Below are positions 37,827-51,560 of a stretch of DNA of 64,000 nt, piece after piece; positions within the stretch are counted from its first letter, which is position 1, and each line of letters starts with the position of its first letter. Under the pieces are notes generated by a model. The model made no database searches. It worked only from the letters and a program-made list of their open reading frames with translations, and was not told where the DNA came from. Origin of the DNA: Stylophora pistillata (taxonomy: Eukaryota); the NCBI RefSeq assembly GCF_002571385.2, contig NW_019217852.1:262416-326415 (forward strand), read 5' to 3'. The position numbers and the translations under genes are program-made.

Positions 37827-38820
37827 GTGTCAGTAACGTTCGGATTATAACTCTCCGATTTATGAAGCTTGTTTTTTCGATTCTGATGAAAATTTTGGAC
37901 AGTTTTTTCCTGTTTCGAGTGGCTTTAAAAGGTAAATTGACCTCGGAGAAAAGTTCAGCCAAGACGACGCGCGGCCGGGACGGGCACTGAAGAAATCAAA
38001 CTGCTCCCATGACTTTTTATTCCTCTTTATCTCGAACAACTTCTATCAGACCAACAGCTAATTAAGAAAGTCCTCTCCTACAAAAAGTCCCATCGCCCTC
38101 TCTAATCTCCCGCCCATTTTTGCATGCCGAGAAGACATTGCAGTATCGTTTGATCAGGCCTTTGGCGCTCGATTAACTTTCTCTTCTATTAGTTGTCGAC
38201 TAAAATTCCTGAAGCGTACGAGAATTCCAATGCCGCCAGGCCATTATCGATTGTGCTAGCATAACTTTTGGCATAATTTGGAAAAAAAGCATACTTTTTG
38301 CACTTTTTCTAAAAGTAGCAGTGGGTGTAATCGGCATATTTTTATATTTAGTTTTTTAAAGGGAACATTACTAGAGTCGCGACTTGCTTGGTCCCTAAGA
38401 TTGATTATTTTCAAGTTCTGTCCATGGGAAAGGGAACCACTTGACTGATACACGAGTAACAAAACTTTGGGCTGCAAAGATAAAGAATACAAGAAGTATG
38501 GGATTATTCAGTAGGTTCCAGTGGTACCGCGCTTTAGCGAGGTGACACCCACGCTTCACGTGTTAGGACCCGATCCGTGCGTATAAACCCTGCCCCAGGC
38601 GCCTCTCTGTTCACCTCTTACGAGACTACTCCGCAAGCTGCAGCCTGTAAAACTGCGGTACTAAGAGCAATACCACCGGCAACGAACCCAGAATGAGCAA
38701 TTTTCATTGCACTACTACTGGAGGTACATTTCATCGTGACTACCCCTCCCCTCTTGGTTCTGCTTAAATGGACTTTGTTCTCATGAGTGTAGCCTGGAAC
38801 TAGTTTTTCATGGAAGAAAC

Positions 38821-41800
38821 ATGGTGGTTCGTTTGCATCACGTTGAAGTACTCTGTCAAAATCTTCAGCAAAGTTTAAGGAAATTCTGCGGAAACTTTGG
38901 CTTTAGAGTGCTTGCTTCGTCTTCCTTTCCCAATCGGGTCACTCTGAACCGGGACTCTATAAATTTTGTTTTGAGCGAAGGCGCCAGTGAACGAGACACC
39001 GTTTACAACGTTGCCCTTGAAGTCAAAGATGTGAAACAAGTGGTGGATATCGTAGAAAGAAATAGCGGTAAAATAATCAGAAGACCAGAAACATTCGCTG
39101 ATCGTAACGGAGTGGTGGAATCCGCTGTAATACAAACTCCTGTCGGAAACGTTGTTCACACATTGTTAAATGCTTCTAGTTACAACGGTGTGTTTTTGCC
39201 GGGATTTCATGAAAGTGACAATTACAAGATGGCGTTACCCGAAAGGGTAGATTATGTAACCCCATCGAACTCGACTAACAAGAATTCAGTTATTGGCGAT
39301 CGTCTTTTAACACACTTTGATCACATAACGTTTGCATGCCCGTTAGGGACTTCTCCGTCGATTATGAAATGGTATGAGCGATGTTTTGGCTTCAGTAGGT
39401 TTAATATCAGCTCTGATGAGAAGTCAGAGGGCTTCATTGTGCAGAGTTCAATACAAGGAGCGAGCATTGGAATGAAGCTGACAGCCATGCAGTATTGGTT
39501 TTGCTCGGAATCAGAGCTAAGAATAAACACTGATGAACCAGGAGGTGGTGTCAAGTTTGTTTTTGCAGAACCACTACCGGGACAAGGTTAGCACATACAC
39601 ATTCGCTACAATGACAGAATCATTCAAAGTCATTCAATGTACATGTGGATATGAGCCTCTTAGGCTTCCAGGTAGTGGGCTTTTAAGAGAAAAAGGCAAG
39701 AGTACCATATAACCCCAAACATTAATTATACATTCAGACTAGTAGACTTCGTTTTTAAAGTTTTGTCGTGAAAGACAAAGAAGTAGAATGCATAATTAAT
39801 GTATGGGGTTATATGGTACTGTTTCCGAGAAAAACGCCTATTACTGAGGGGAGGGGGGATGGAGGCTTATTAGCTACTTATTTCAAGCCAAAATTAGGGT
39901 TCTTGTATTCTATTTGGTCACCAATTTTAAAGGTGGAGTTTGCTCCTTTACCTCATGACTTTCATCTTAGGCTTTAATCAAACATTAATGTAAAGATCAT
40001 ACTAGACCTTGCTTTAATTTTTTTTTTTTCAAATGTGTTGAAACGTAGAACACAAAAGCTACTGTTTTAAATGCTACTTGGCAACCTGGCATCTTGTCGG
40101 AATTAAAAGGGTTATCACTCTTAGTAATTCTCCTTGCTGTCTGCCATACAATTCATATGATGCCAGTTTGGAGAATTCGGTTTTGAATCAACTAACAATC
40201 CCCCAATTGACATTTTTCCTTGTTCTCATCAGTTGTTTGCTTGATGTAGTATTGTTTTTGTAAAGAGAAATTCTGTCTTGGTCACCTTGTAAGTCAAAGG
40301 AATAAATGCAAGGATCATGCCGTCTAGTACTTTGTGTATGTTTGTGGGGGGGGGGGGTAAGGAATATTTTTGGTTCAGTCGAAAATATTGTAAAGGTTGG
40401 TGTAAAACTTGTTACAAAAATGTCACTTTGTTTGAATTTTTTTTGTAGGCCCTAACCAGGTACAGACATTCTTAACAGAACATGGAGGACCAGGTATACA
40501 GCACATAGGCCTGCATACACCAAACATAGCTGAAGCTGTTGCTACCTTAAAGGACAGAGGAGTCAAATTTATTGATCCTCCATCTGCTTATTATTCTGAG
40601 GTGTGCAAGTTATACAGTGATCACCAATTTAGGATAGAAGGCTGGGGAACCTTGACTAGGAGGTGTTCAAGTTTGATTATACCCATTGGCTTAGCTTTGT
40701 TTTTTTTTTTTTTTTTCTGTGAAAGAGTTACTTCTTTCGTCTGTCCCAGAGGTATAAATGGAATCTTGGTATCCAATTTCTTGTTTTGCTTTCCAGACAC
40801 AGACAGTTTGGTGGACTTCATGATCTAGGGCTGACCTGTTATTGGAACTATCTGATCTCTTTGAAAGCAGCATCATGATTGCCCTTTCTTTGTCACATGT
40901 TAATTCATCTTTGATGTAGTGAGTGGAACAGTGCTGCAATCTAGCAGGGATATGGTGCCAAAGCCAACAAACGTTGCTCTTAGGGAGATTTGTGTTTGGG
41001 TGTGACTAAGCTTCTGCAAAAGTTTCTAGCAGCAGGGCAATCCAGTTTTTTTTATGCAAGAGCCCTAAGGCAACTAATAAATCTTGTAATAGTACAGTTT
41101 TTGACAACATCAATCTCATTTTATAGGAAGGTAAACTTCAGGAAATACGAGATGTAGGAGAGAGTGTGGAGTCTCTCCAGAAACATGGTATTCTGTTGGA
41201 TGCAGAGAGCTTCACGTCAAGTGAAAGCACAGCCTCATGTTTGGAAAATATGAATGTATGCCAAGATGCTGACAACAAGTGAGTTTTAATTTGACATTCC
41301 AAAGAGGAATCTAACATTTTGAAAATTGCTTATGAATGAGCAGATCCATCAAATTGTTCAACCATTCTTGATACAGGGGTTTCATTAAAGGCCAGGCAGC
41401 GGGGAAATTGACCGGTTGTGAGGACGGTTTTGCCCACCTGGTTTGACAATTGGGAGGAAAGTTTAACTTATAAAGAAGTTCAATTCAAAAAGTTTGACCC
41501 GCCTGTGAGAACCAGTCGCCCTCCTGCTGAAAATGTTAATAATGCTGTCTCTCCAACTGACTTTGGCATTCTGTCCCCAAAATGGTTGTCATGACAGAGT
41601 TCAAGTGTAACCTACATATATCTTATTAACCAAGTGCGAGGGCTGTACTGGGAGAATATTGGCCTAAGGTCTAGACAGTACGGACTGAGCACAGCTCGGT
41701 CTGTACAAAAATGACCGAGGGCCGATATTCTTCCAGTACAGTCCTGAGCAAGCTTGGTTAATAACAGATTTATTATACGACTGAAGTTCAAAGGGACACA

Positions 41801-42433
41801 AGTGCGGTATCATTCGGGACCATTCGGGACAGTGCCCGGTCCAATACTGAGAGAATATTGACCGGCAATAGAGCATTTTGATTGGTTGATTTTAGTTATT
41901 GGCCCTCTGACTGCCCGAGTCATGTAATAATTTATTTTATTTCTCAGTTAGTATGTGTGCTATTATTGGTCGATTTGGTAAGCCATCTTATCGGGCCTCA
42001 CTAAATTCAAAAGGTTATTTGAATTGAAGTCCTTCCCTTCTACCTGAACCTAGCGATTTCATAATTACCTTATGAACTTCAGTTCTCAGTCTGTACTAAC
42101 TTCAAGTTACACAATCTCATTTTTTTTGCTCTGATTTACAGCCTGGTTGGGCTATAAATCCAAGTGGAACAAACTTGGTTCATAAATTTACAGCACTGAC
42201 CTAGAACTCGGTTAGTAAGAGGCATTTGTGGTGAATTTACCACCTCTCTTTTGTTGTTATTTTACAGGTATTTGATGCAAGTTTTTACTAGACCACTTTT
42301 TAACAAAGACACCTTCTTCCTGGAGGTTATTCAGCGCTGTGGGGCCACAGGATTCGGAGCGGGCAATATAACTGCTCTGTGGAAAGCTGTTGATTCATAT
42401 TTAAATAATGAATCAAATAAAAGTAATTCTTAA
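38821..42433 (+). CDS. HPDL: 4-hydroxyphenylpyruvate dioxygenase-like protein (4-hydroxymandelate synthase type), 411 aa
   Basis: Exons 38821-39586, 40449-40600, 41127-41278, 42268-42433. VOC-fold Fe ligands [24 protein letters not shown]-type C-terminus [14 protein letters not shown]. Confidence 0.92.
39698..39822. mobile_element. ~125 bp MITE; near-identical copy in opposite orientation at 49688-49811
   Basis: TIR AGTACCATATAACCCCA...TGGGGTTATATGGTACT. Internal sequences of the two copies are approximate reverse complements. Confidence 0.8.
41621..41770. mobile_element. Hairpin MITE-like element in HPDL intron 3
   Basis: TTATTAACCAAG...GTACTGGGAGAATATTGGCC / GGCCGATATTCTTCCAGTAC...CTTGGTTAATAA. 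Confidence 0.6.
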
Positions 42434-45092
42434 AACTCATGGACATCTTAATTTTGTTCATAGGGCATTGTCACATTTGACTGGCAGAGATTGATCTGTG
42501 CTGAGTGTTAAATAATTTTTCCGACACCTGAATGTGGCTTTGAAATATTTGCAGTGTTTGATGATGGAAGAAAAGTTTCCACTTCCTAAAAAATGGAAAA
42601 TAGTTTATTAAAAACATTTGGGTCAAACCTCTTGAAAGTTAGTGATATTACTGTCTTTTAAAAAAGCCTTTTAAACTGTCATTGTAGCTTTTCTCAACCC
42701 CCTTTCTCCTACAGAATTGACCAGAATGTAAACTCTCTCTCTACTCTATCAAAGAGACAGTTCATGAGAATTAAGAAAATTAATGACTAGGATATATTGT
42801 TAAGTAGAAATTACTTAGTTATAGAGGGGTGTATTGTAGTCAGTTGGGAGAGTAATGTTTTTTATCTTTGGAATTAAAGCAATGCTGTACTCCCTCCCCC
42901 CCCCCCATACATGGGGATGGGGGGGAGAAGAGAAAATGTACCACACCCTGATTGATATTGGGTGACCCAGTGGCTTAATGGTCATTGCTTTGGACTCCCA
43001 GTCAACTCATGGATATTCCAATGGTAGTGAATGGTGGGAACTGAAAAACCTAACTCGGAGCTAAGTTACATTTAAAAAAAAAATTGTATTTACATTTTTT
43101 TGAAGCTGGCAAAGATACACACTGACTGAAAATGACAACCTGGAGAATAAGGCTGAATTTCTTAATACCTTGAAAGTTCCATAGCCAAATTAGCCTTTAT
43201 CTTTCCTCAATTACGCTCCATTCAAAAGGCAAAGTCACATGCTCGAGCTTACACCTCACCACACTCCCAAACACATCTTTCGGGACACAGTCTCCTTCAC
43301 CTGCTTCTCTCGTTGTGGGTCTTCAAGATAGCATAGAAACACTGGCAGTTAACAACATTGGAAAGGTAAGAGGGACAAAAGAACCTTATGGAAGTTGTTT
43401 GAGCAAAGTGTTGCAACCATTTATGTTGGGGAGTGTAGCTTTACATGTACCCAACAGTTTTTGCCATGAGCTTATTTCAAGCACAAAGAACTTGTTCACT
43501 CCCTTGTCAGTTTTGGGTCTGTTAATATCTTTGTCAAGTACTTATACTGATATTTAATGCTCTTGCCATGGAGGTAAATAATTATGGTTTAATGAACTCA
43601 AACTGAAAGAGATGACAATTTTTTAAAAATACATGAATTAAGTTGCGTATCGAAAGAAAAGCCGCTGGCAGGCTTCAGTCATTCTTTTTCAAGTATTTTT
43701 ATTTGAAAGTTGGGTAAAGGATGTACATTTCAGATCCTCAAAATAAATTGTTTCTCACACTAAAGTTATGTGTTTTTTTGTCTTACAACACCAAAGTTGA
43801 AGTGGGTTTTGCCAAGGAAACATAGTACATCATAATTCTATAGTAAACAAGAATCATCAGCTAGGGGAAAGTTGTGAAAAGGGGGTGGGATAATGCTATC
43901 TGACAAAGAAATCGCTATCCAGCATACAAGTGATATCAATACATAGAGCGTTATTCAAGGGAGATCTTTGACTAGTGGATAACGTTATCCGACCTTCCAA
44001 CAGCTAGGGCCAGAAGTTTTATCACCAATGTTCAGTCCTGAGGAAACCCTTTAAACTTACTATTCAAAGAAATGGAAATTGTTTTAGATTACTAAAGTTG
44101 AGTATAACTTTAAGTATCTCAATCTGAAAGGTAATTCCTCCCTTCTGACAACAGACAACTCTCTTGTTAGCAGACAGCATCAGGAATTGGAAAAAGTGTG
44201 TGTTGGTAAAATTGTCTGCCTGCAAGAATTATTCCCTTAAGTGGACACCAAAGAAAATTAGGGTGGATGTCCTCATATGGGAGAGTAATGGACTCTTGTT
44301 GATGTCAAACAAACTGACAGCTTGCTTTCCTGTAGACAAAAAGACAGTTAACAAAACAGATCCCCACTGTTCTGTTGCTCTATCAGAGGTCAAATTTTTG
44401 TTGACTTGCAAATTCGAGACAAATTTTATTGCCAGTAGTCAAATATCATCCATGGGGTGTTTAGTAATGAGGGGGAGCAGACAAAAGGAAATTCCAATTT
44501 TCAATTTTAAGTGTTTACATCCACATACGACAGTGTATGTGGTGAAAATGTGTAAATACTGAGTTTGACTAGGAGGCAAAAATAAGGGGGTGAGTGACTT
44601 TATAAATTAAGGGAAGAGGAGGGGGTTAGGCATTAAATGTCTCTTCAATTTTCTACCCCTTGTCCACTCTAGCTATAAATTAAAAATGGCCAGTTGGGTA
44701 AAAAATTGTGAGCAGACTACCCCACAATTCAAAATGTAACACTGCCTGAGTTAGAAACTTTTCCTTTTTCTGACTAACCCTTGCGGTTACTTTAATTTTG
44801 GTGCTACAACACTCAGGCAAAAGGTGCACCATTAATTAAGTACATGATTTGTCTCAAGAGGAGGGTTACACCTTTTCCCCAGCATACTGCTAGTTCACTT
44901 GGGAAATTATAGCTGCAAGATTACAAGCCACTTTCAGAAGCAAAGTGTCCTTTATGAGATTTATGTAAATTGGCCACTGTAAAGAGTTTCAAAGTCAACA
45001 TTTCAATCGTTAGCCTTTTGTCAGAGGAAATGGAGGAATTGAGGGCTGTGTGTACACAACCCTCACATGCACACACAACCCCTCCATTTCCA

Positions 45093-45197
45093 GCAATGAA
45101 GGGCTAACGCTTGAAACATTAGCTTTGAAACTCTTTGTGGAGGCCAATTTACCTTCTTACTTCCACTGATGCCGCACCACAGTTTCTTTAGAAACTT
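45093..45197 (+). mobile_element. Degenerate copy of the hammerhead-bearing Penelope-type repeat
   Basis: GAAGGGCTAACGCTTGAAACATTAGC...GGCCAATTTAC...CCACTGATGCCGCACCACAGTTTCTTTAGAAAC aligns with 32610-32745. Confidence 0.65.
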
Positions 45198-46344
45198 GCC
45201 TCCTCAATGAGAATAAGATACGCTCACCCTCAAATGTTGGCCTTCTGTCATCCCCTGTTGGCATTGTTAAGTACTGATCTGGTTGGGATAAATTACAATT
45301 TAATACTTTCTTTATTAAAATAATTAAAAAAAAATCTTTATGTTCTATCCTTATTACATATTGGAGAAACAGTATTCTCTCCAATGTAGCATATATACAA
45401 CCTTATAAATAAATAAGTTCTAACTTTCACATACAGTCCTCTCCCTCTCTAACTTAAATACTATTAAAATTTAATTATTTTAATTCTCTAACATAACCAA
45501 CAGAATAACACTTCTAGGCATATAGTAAAACACAACCAACTGTATCATATTGCAGGATATTTGAACTTGATTTGAGTGTTATCTGTACTCTACAGTTGGA
45601 TAATGATAAGTAATACTACACACCAAATAGGTCTGATCAGCTAAGCATAGATTCCCAAGAAAATGAGAAACAGACTGAAAGTTTTTCACTCAAAATAGGC
45701 AATTGAAAATGATCAGTTATGATAAGTTCAACTCTGACTCCCTTATATTTCCACTTTGACATCAGTAACCCTCCTTACTGTATACTATATAATTTCTTGA
45801 TTACCCAATAATCCCCTAATACATATTTTTCTATATTCTCATCACTTGTCTACTTGAAATTGTATTGATATTGTAAGGAGAATTTGTGTCTTAGTCACTC
45901 CTGGTAATTTAAGGGTTGAGTGGGAAGGAAGAAGGAATAATACATACTGGTAGTAACTGTAAAAGGTCATTTTTGTAGGTGTAACCTACAGTATTTTTCA
46001 AAGCTGTGTTGTGTCATGGTCATACAGAACATACATGTAGTAGATGAAAATCATGATAGGATTGGCTCCATGCACAATATTCAACTCTAATCAACATGAA
46101 AAAAATCAAATAATTGAAGGCCTCTTATGCCCACTTTTTTTAGGTTGTTTTCATATCTGGGATTTTTTTTCCAGTGGCTAAGAAAAGGTAATACCCTGGG
46201 TTTCTCTAAATCTGGATCTTCACACGACATGCATAAATCCATGCATAATTCAGATATTAAATAGTTAGGAACAAACTTACTATCAGAATGTAATCTGGAT
46301 ATGAATGGAATTTATTAATAAAATGCTATCTGCCAAAAATTGTG

Positions 46345-46350
<6 letters not shown>

Positions 46351-46382
<32 letters not shown>
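46351..46382. repeat. (AT)n microsatellite
   Basis: Directly visible. Confidence 0.95.
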
Positions 46383-46384
<2 letters not shown>

Positions 46385-46625
46385 ATTAATTACTTCACAC
46401 TACATGTGCACAATCCTTCACTTTTCCACAGCAACCTGACTCCATCTTCACCCAGCTCCTTTCAGTTTCCAACAGAAGCACAGGACATCATGATTTGTGT
46501 GAGATTTTCTCTCAACTGTAAATACAGACCAGTGTACTTGAGTACAACAAAACCGTTTCAATCACCCTTGTTACTTGACAAAATAAGTGGTATTCTGTTC
46601 ACTGTACAGTTTGCAGAACCATCAT

Positions 46626-49449
46626 CTACAGAATTTCTGCAAAACTCTTTAGGGACACAATTAATTGCAATAACTGGTAGCTTCTTGGGGAGAGTGACGA
46701 ACCACATAACGCCTCTAAACGACCTGTCAACATTAACACTTCCTGTTCAATTTCTCTCAGTACCTCTATATCATCTTGGGACATAACTCGCTGTGAATCT
46801 TTCCCTTTTGCCATCAGAGTCCTCTTTCGACAGAAAATAAAGCTTTGCAACCAATACGCAAGCAGCATAACAAATTCTTCACAGTTTGTAGTGCTAACAA
46901 TGCCATTAGAGAGGGGTGGAGATCTTTTGAAGTTAAAGACAACATATTTCAATCCAAAACTAGTTGTTATTTCTGCCCCTGACTCATTATCAATAGCACA
47001 ACAGTTTTTCATTACAACTTCAATCAGCTTTGTCTTCAAAAAATGCGACTGTATTGACTGAAGCAGTAATGTTTTGTACTTGACAGATGGTAACTCTACA
47101 TAAGCCAGGACTAAATCATTTGCTAGTCTTACAGCAGTGTCCTCTGGTCTTTGACTGACTAACATTGACAACTGAAGCATTCTCTGTAATAAATATAGAG
47201 GACAGAAATTATGCCCACAATGTTGGTCCAATCGTTCAACACAGTGTTGTTCTGTAGCCTTTTGAATCCACTCTACAACATCATGAATGTTACCTGAAGA
47301 TCTATCCACTGAGAAAAATTGGTGTGCATTTGTCTTGACAAGGCTGAATTTCTTTTTCTCCACTTCCTTTTCCATGACGTTTATGAGAAAAGACAAAGCC
47401 ATGGAGGCATTCTGTTTGAAACTTTCCACTGTATGAAACTGTGAGCATCCTGCTAGTTTTACTATCATGGAAACACACTCCCAAGTAATTTTCAGCCGTA
47501 ACATCTGTGCAGCCTGAGCAGGATGCAATTCTTGAATCTGTAGGAGAATTCTAAAACATTCTGTTCCATAGCCACTTTGCTTGGAGAGCAAGATATTCTT
47601 GAACAGGTAAAATAAAAGAGATGGAGGGGGCTTGCGACACGGACTCATAAAACTTGTGACAGTTGTCAGGAAGGTCTTGTGGAAATTCTCTTCTTTAAGA
47701 GCCTCCAGTGAATTCAACTGGTTCTCAGTGAAGGTTTTGCTCAAGCTTGCTTCTTGTTTGCTCACAAGTTCTGATTTTTTCAGTGGAACTGTGCAATGTA
47801 AAGGTACTGTGTAAAGCAAAAGCTCTTCATCTCTCACAATCCCATGTAAAGGAGGCCTCTTCTTTGGGGAGAAACTCTCCGCAGTAATTTTTCCCTGCTT
47901 TAGTGAAGACGGAGACTGACAAGGGCTTTTAGACTTCTTGTGTTTGTAGCCATCAAAACTTTTATTGACTTTAACAGGTTTTTTGCCAGTGATTTCTTTT
48001 TTATCAGAGCAGAATTTCTCAAAGAGGTTCATTCGTGACTCCCCAACAATTTTGTCATCCTTTTCAGTCTTGACCTGGAAAATAAAGAGAATTAGGAATC
48101 AGACATCAGAAAACACACAGCGGCCTTGTACATGAAGTTAGTACACTTAACTCAAACACAGCCTCTCTCCACCCTAGATAATAGACTGTTAGTGACACTC
48201 AATGACTGCCAAAGGAGTTAAAATACATCTACCAACTTTTGTGGAGTCAAAGTCAATTCAATATTTTTGTACAGGACCCAATCATAGCCAACACAGCAGA
48301 AGAGTTTCAAGAAAATTTCAAACTTTTCGATGAAGCCTTTTTGATGAGAGTTTTGACACAACCTTATTTCTAGTGTCCCCCCTTTTAAAAAGACTTCTAT
48401 CTACTCAGATTGATTCAAGCTCTTAATCTAGCTAGGAAACATTTAGAAAATGTACCAGTCAGATCACAAAAGTTCAAGTGTTCGAATTTTTTTCTCTTTT
48501 TCAGCAAGAGGAACTGCTTTGCAATAATCAATTTTGGGCAAGAGCGAGCATATGATAACCTGCAGTAAACCAGCATCTTGTCCAGGAAAAGTAATACATG
48601 TTGTCTTGGTAATTTTATGCAGCAGATGCCAGGAGAAGGCCCAGTATAGTACTTACTGTCCACTAGGTTAGCAAGACTAACCTGTCGTGAGTTAAAACAT
48701 TATCAACTTTGAAGAATTTTAATATCATGATATTGAGCCACCTCGATATTAAATTATTAGCCTCCTTGTGGTTTTAAAAGCACAATTAAAGACAGCGCTT
48801 GGTCACTAGTTTAGGATTAGGGATACTCATAAAGAAAAAACCAATTTTGTGTTCTACACGCTTACACTACACTGAATGCTAACAGATATAGTGAAAGTTT
48901 ATTCTGTTCCAAGAAATTCAATTTTCTTCAGAGCTTAAGCAAGATGTTCGTATAACCCTAACACCTCAATATGCATACAGCAGTTAAAGAAAAAGAATAA
49001 AAATGGCAAAACAAAAGATTGACCATGAAGCTTTGTTTTAGGATAAGTATAGGGAAAAACAGGAATCTTTCCATTCTAATTCTCACCTGATCTACCGAAG
49101 AACTGGTTTCCTCACATTCGGCTGAACTGGTTGCAACTCCCTCGCCAGTCTCCTTCTTCACTGGACTCAGTTTCAGTGGTTTCTTCCAGTTTCCAATGTC
49201 GATGAGCTTTACCTGAGCTTGTAGCTTCTTAACACCATTTTCGCTAAATTTGAATTTTTTTAACGGACGACAGGGCTCAGATTTAGCTGAACTGCTTATT
49301 ACGATTCTTTCAATGACATCGCCCCTCGTTTTCATTGATTCGACGACTTCATCTTCCCCATCGCTGATAACAATTGATGTTATCTCCGATGTCTTTTGGT
49401 TGACAGAGTCTTCCTCGTCACTTATAACAATCACTTCGTTTTGCGCCAT
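46626..49449 (-). CDS. SIMC1: SIMC1-like protein (N-terminal SUMO-interacting motifs plus Nse5-like helical domain; SMC5/6 localisation factor), ~603 aa
   Basis: Exons 49449-49087 and 48074-46626 (phase 0). Three SIMs: VIVISDEED, IVISDGEDE, IVISSS. Segment SFMSPCRKPPPSLLFYLFKNILLS...ECFRILLQIQELHPA resembles the vertebrate SIMC1 Nse5-like domain (FVSP..PP...ILLS...E...LL..IQQLHPA) as recalled. Confidence 0.72.
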
Positions 49450-49687
49450 TTACATCTGCAACATAACCATGCTCCCTCATGCTTGTTTTGTGTAGGTATA
49501 TCAATTTACTCGAGGAACGTCAAAGTGTTATCTCAATTGGCACTGGCTTTAAACGACCCCTGATGAACCTTGATGTTCCTCGATGCTCCTCTCTACGTCA
49601 AGCCCTTTGTTTAGACCACAGAATTCCGGTGCTATGGAAACGTGACGTAAGCACTTTAGGACTCTATTATAGTAAGTTTTAAGGAAC

Positions 49688-49811
49688 GAGTACCATATAA
49701 CCCCATACATTTATTATGCTTTCCACTTCTTTGTCTTTCACGACAAAACTTTAAAAACAAAGTCTACCAGTCTGAATGCATAATTAATGTATGGGGTTTT
49801 AGGGTACTCTT
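49688..49811. mobile_element. ~125 bp MITE (same family as 39698-39822)
   Basis: TIR GAGTACCATATAACCCCATACAT / ATGTATGGGGTTTTAGGGTACTC. Confidence 0.8.
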
Positions 49812-50900
49812 ACCAGTTTTAAATTTCTACCGGCTTTCACACGATGACAGTATCTGAATAAACGCTGAATAACCGTTTGAAAAGCCTGATTGTAAAGTGC
49901 ATCTGTTCGAACGAATTGCGGACGTTTCGCCAACGAGTTGTTTCGCCAACAACGTCTCGTTCACGAACGTGTTAGGTTGATTCGCCAACGTCCTATGTCG
50001 ATTCGCCAACGTCCTATGTCGATTCGCCAACGTCGTATGTCGATTCGCCAACGTCCTACTGGTCAATTCGCCAACGTCAGTTATCCAAGACTAACGAAAA
50101 AAAAAGGGTGCTTATTGATGTTTAGAATGCAATCCTGATCCTTGAGTCACTGCCAGTTTCGCTTGACTGACTTCAGATCAATTTGCACGATTTGCAAAGG
50201 TAAAGGCGTCTTTAAAAAGAGAATGTTAATAATTATTGCCCCCAGCTAGGCTTTGTCTCGTTAAACTTTAACCAACATAAAATAAACTGAGGGCAGGTAA
50301 AAAAAACTGATCCTGGAAATTTCCTCTTTATGAAAAGAAAGGAAAGAAAATTGCGTGCGTGTCTTTTTTCAACCACTGACGCAAGGATTGTAAAAGAAAC
50401 AAAGCTGTTGTTGTCAAGCTTCAGGAACAAAGAAAGTGTGATTTCACACCTTGTTACTTTTGAGGGATGTCGCTTTTCGGACAGGACTAAGTGGCTGCAA
50501 AAGAGTAAGGTGGAAGAACAGAGTAACACACAATTGCAAGTTGGTCATTTCTTTCTCAGATTGTGGTAGCTCCTGAAGGAGCCGTTTTTTTTTGTTTTTT
50601 TTTACGGGACTTACCCAGCGGTAAGTCACCGAACTGTAGTCTACTTGCCCAAGTTAGCCTTGTGCACTCCTTGGGCTTCTTTTGGGCTTCTTTATTCCGC
50701 TCTCGGCAGAATGAGACCTTGACTTTTATTATCGCATGGTAGGTTATAAATGGCGTTAACGAAAACGAGGGAAGGGGAAAAAAGTTTGTTTGTCGCTCGC
50801 ATTCGCTGCCGTGTTTAAATAGCTGTTTGGATCACGTCCAAAAGCATCTCTTCAGTAAAGCGCTAAGTTGTTATGAAACGGACAACAATAACTAACATAA

Positions 50901-51288
50901 GACCTGATTCAGACGCCGAACTTTTCATGAGCCGAACTTAATTCGAATTTGGACCGACCCAAATTAACAAAAGTACGCCTGTTGATTCAAAGGCCGTTCT
51001 TTTTGGCCGTTCCAAATACAGTTCCAGTAAAACCAATCACATTACTTGCAAAATACATTATAATAGTTTATGCATTAAGATCGGCGCATGAAAAGTACGA
51101 CGTCTGAATCAAAGCCGTTCCAAAGGCTTTCCAGAGGCGAAATTCTCGGCCAAGTCAGGCGGGAAGAATGGGTGAGCCGTTCCAAATTGAAATAGCCGTT
51201 CCAAATTGATTCAGACGCCGATCTTTTCATGTACTTAATTCAAGAAATTAGGTTCGGCTCATGAAAAGATCGGCGTCTGAACTGGGCC
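50901..51288. mobile_element. PIF/Harbinger (Tourist-like) MITE nested in the foldback element
   Basis: TIR G(A/G)CC..TTCAGACGCCGA.CTTTTCATGAGCCGAAC at both ends. 3-bp TSD TAA (50898-50900, 51289-51291). Confidence 0.8.
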
Positions 51289-51560
51289 TAAGTCGCACCT
51301 ACCATTAGAATGCCGCCAGTAAACAGTAGAATTCGTTTTAAATATATGACAGTTTTCGCTTCGCGCTCAATTAAAAGAAGCAAGGAGTGCCATAATACGC
51401 GCGTCAGCAAAAACTAGTAGACATGTTTTTAAAAGTATATTTCAACAAGGATTGTTGACTGTTATCCATTCAAAGAAGAAAAGTCTCACCTTCTTTATAA
51501 AATGCCACAACACAACATTGCAAGAGAATTGCCTTCGTAAACACCGAGTTTCCTCTTGAA

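Noticed and set aside
43100-44560. Possible additional gene between HPDL and SIMC1 (ORFs 43315-43557, 44164-44562)
   Set aside because: No recognisable domain, non-ATG starts, stops in the plausible minus-strand frames and no coherent splice model.
49920-50080. CRISPR-like array of TTCGCCAACGTC repeats
   Set aside because: The sequences between repeats are near-identical rather than unique spacers, the block is mirrored at 53693-53814, and the context is eukaryotic. These are transposon subterminal repeats.
50233-50629. Transposase remnant inside the foldback element
   Set aside because: Short ORFs with no DDE, zinc-finger or other transposase motifs that I can recognise.
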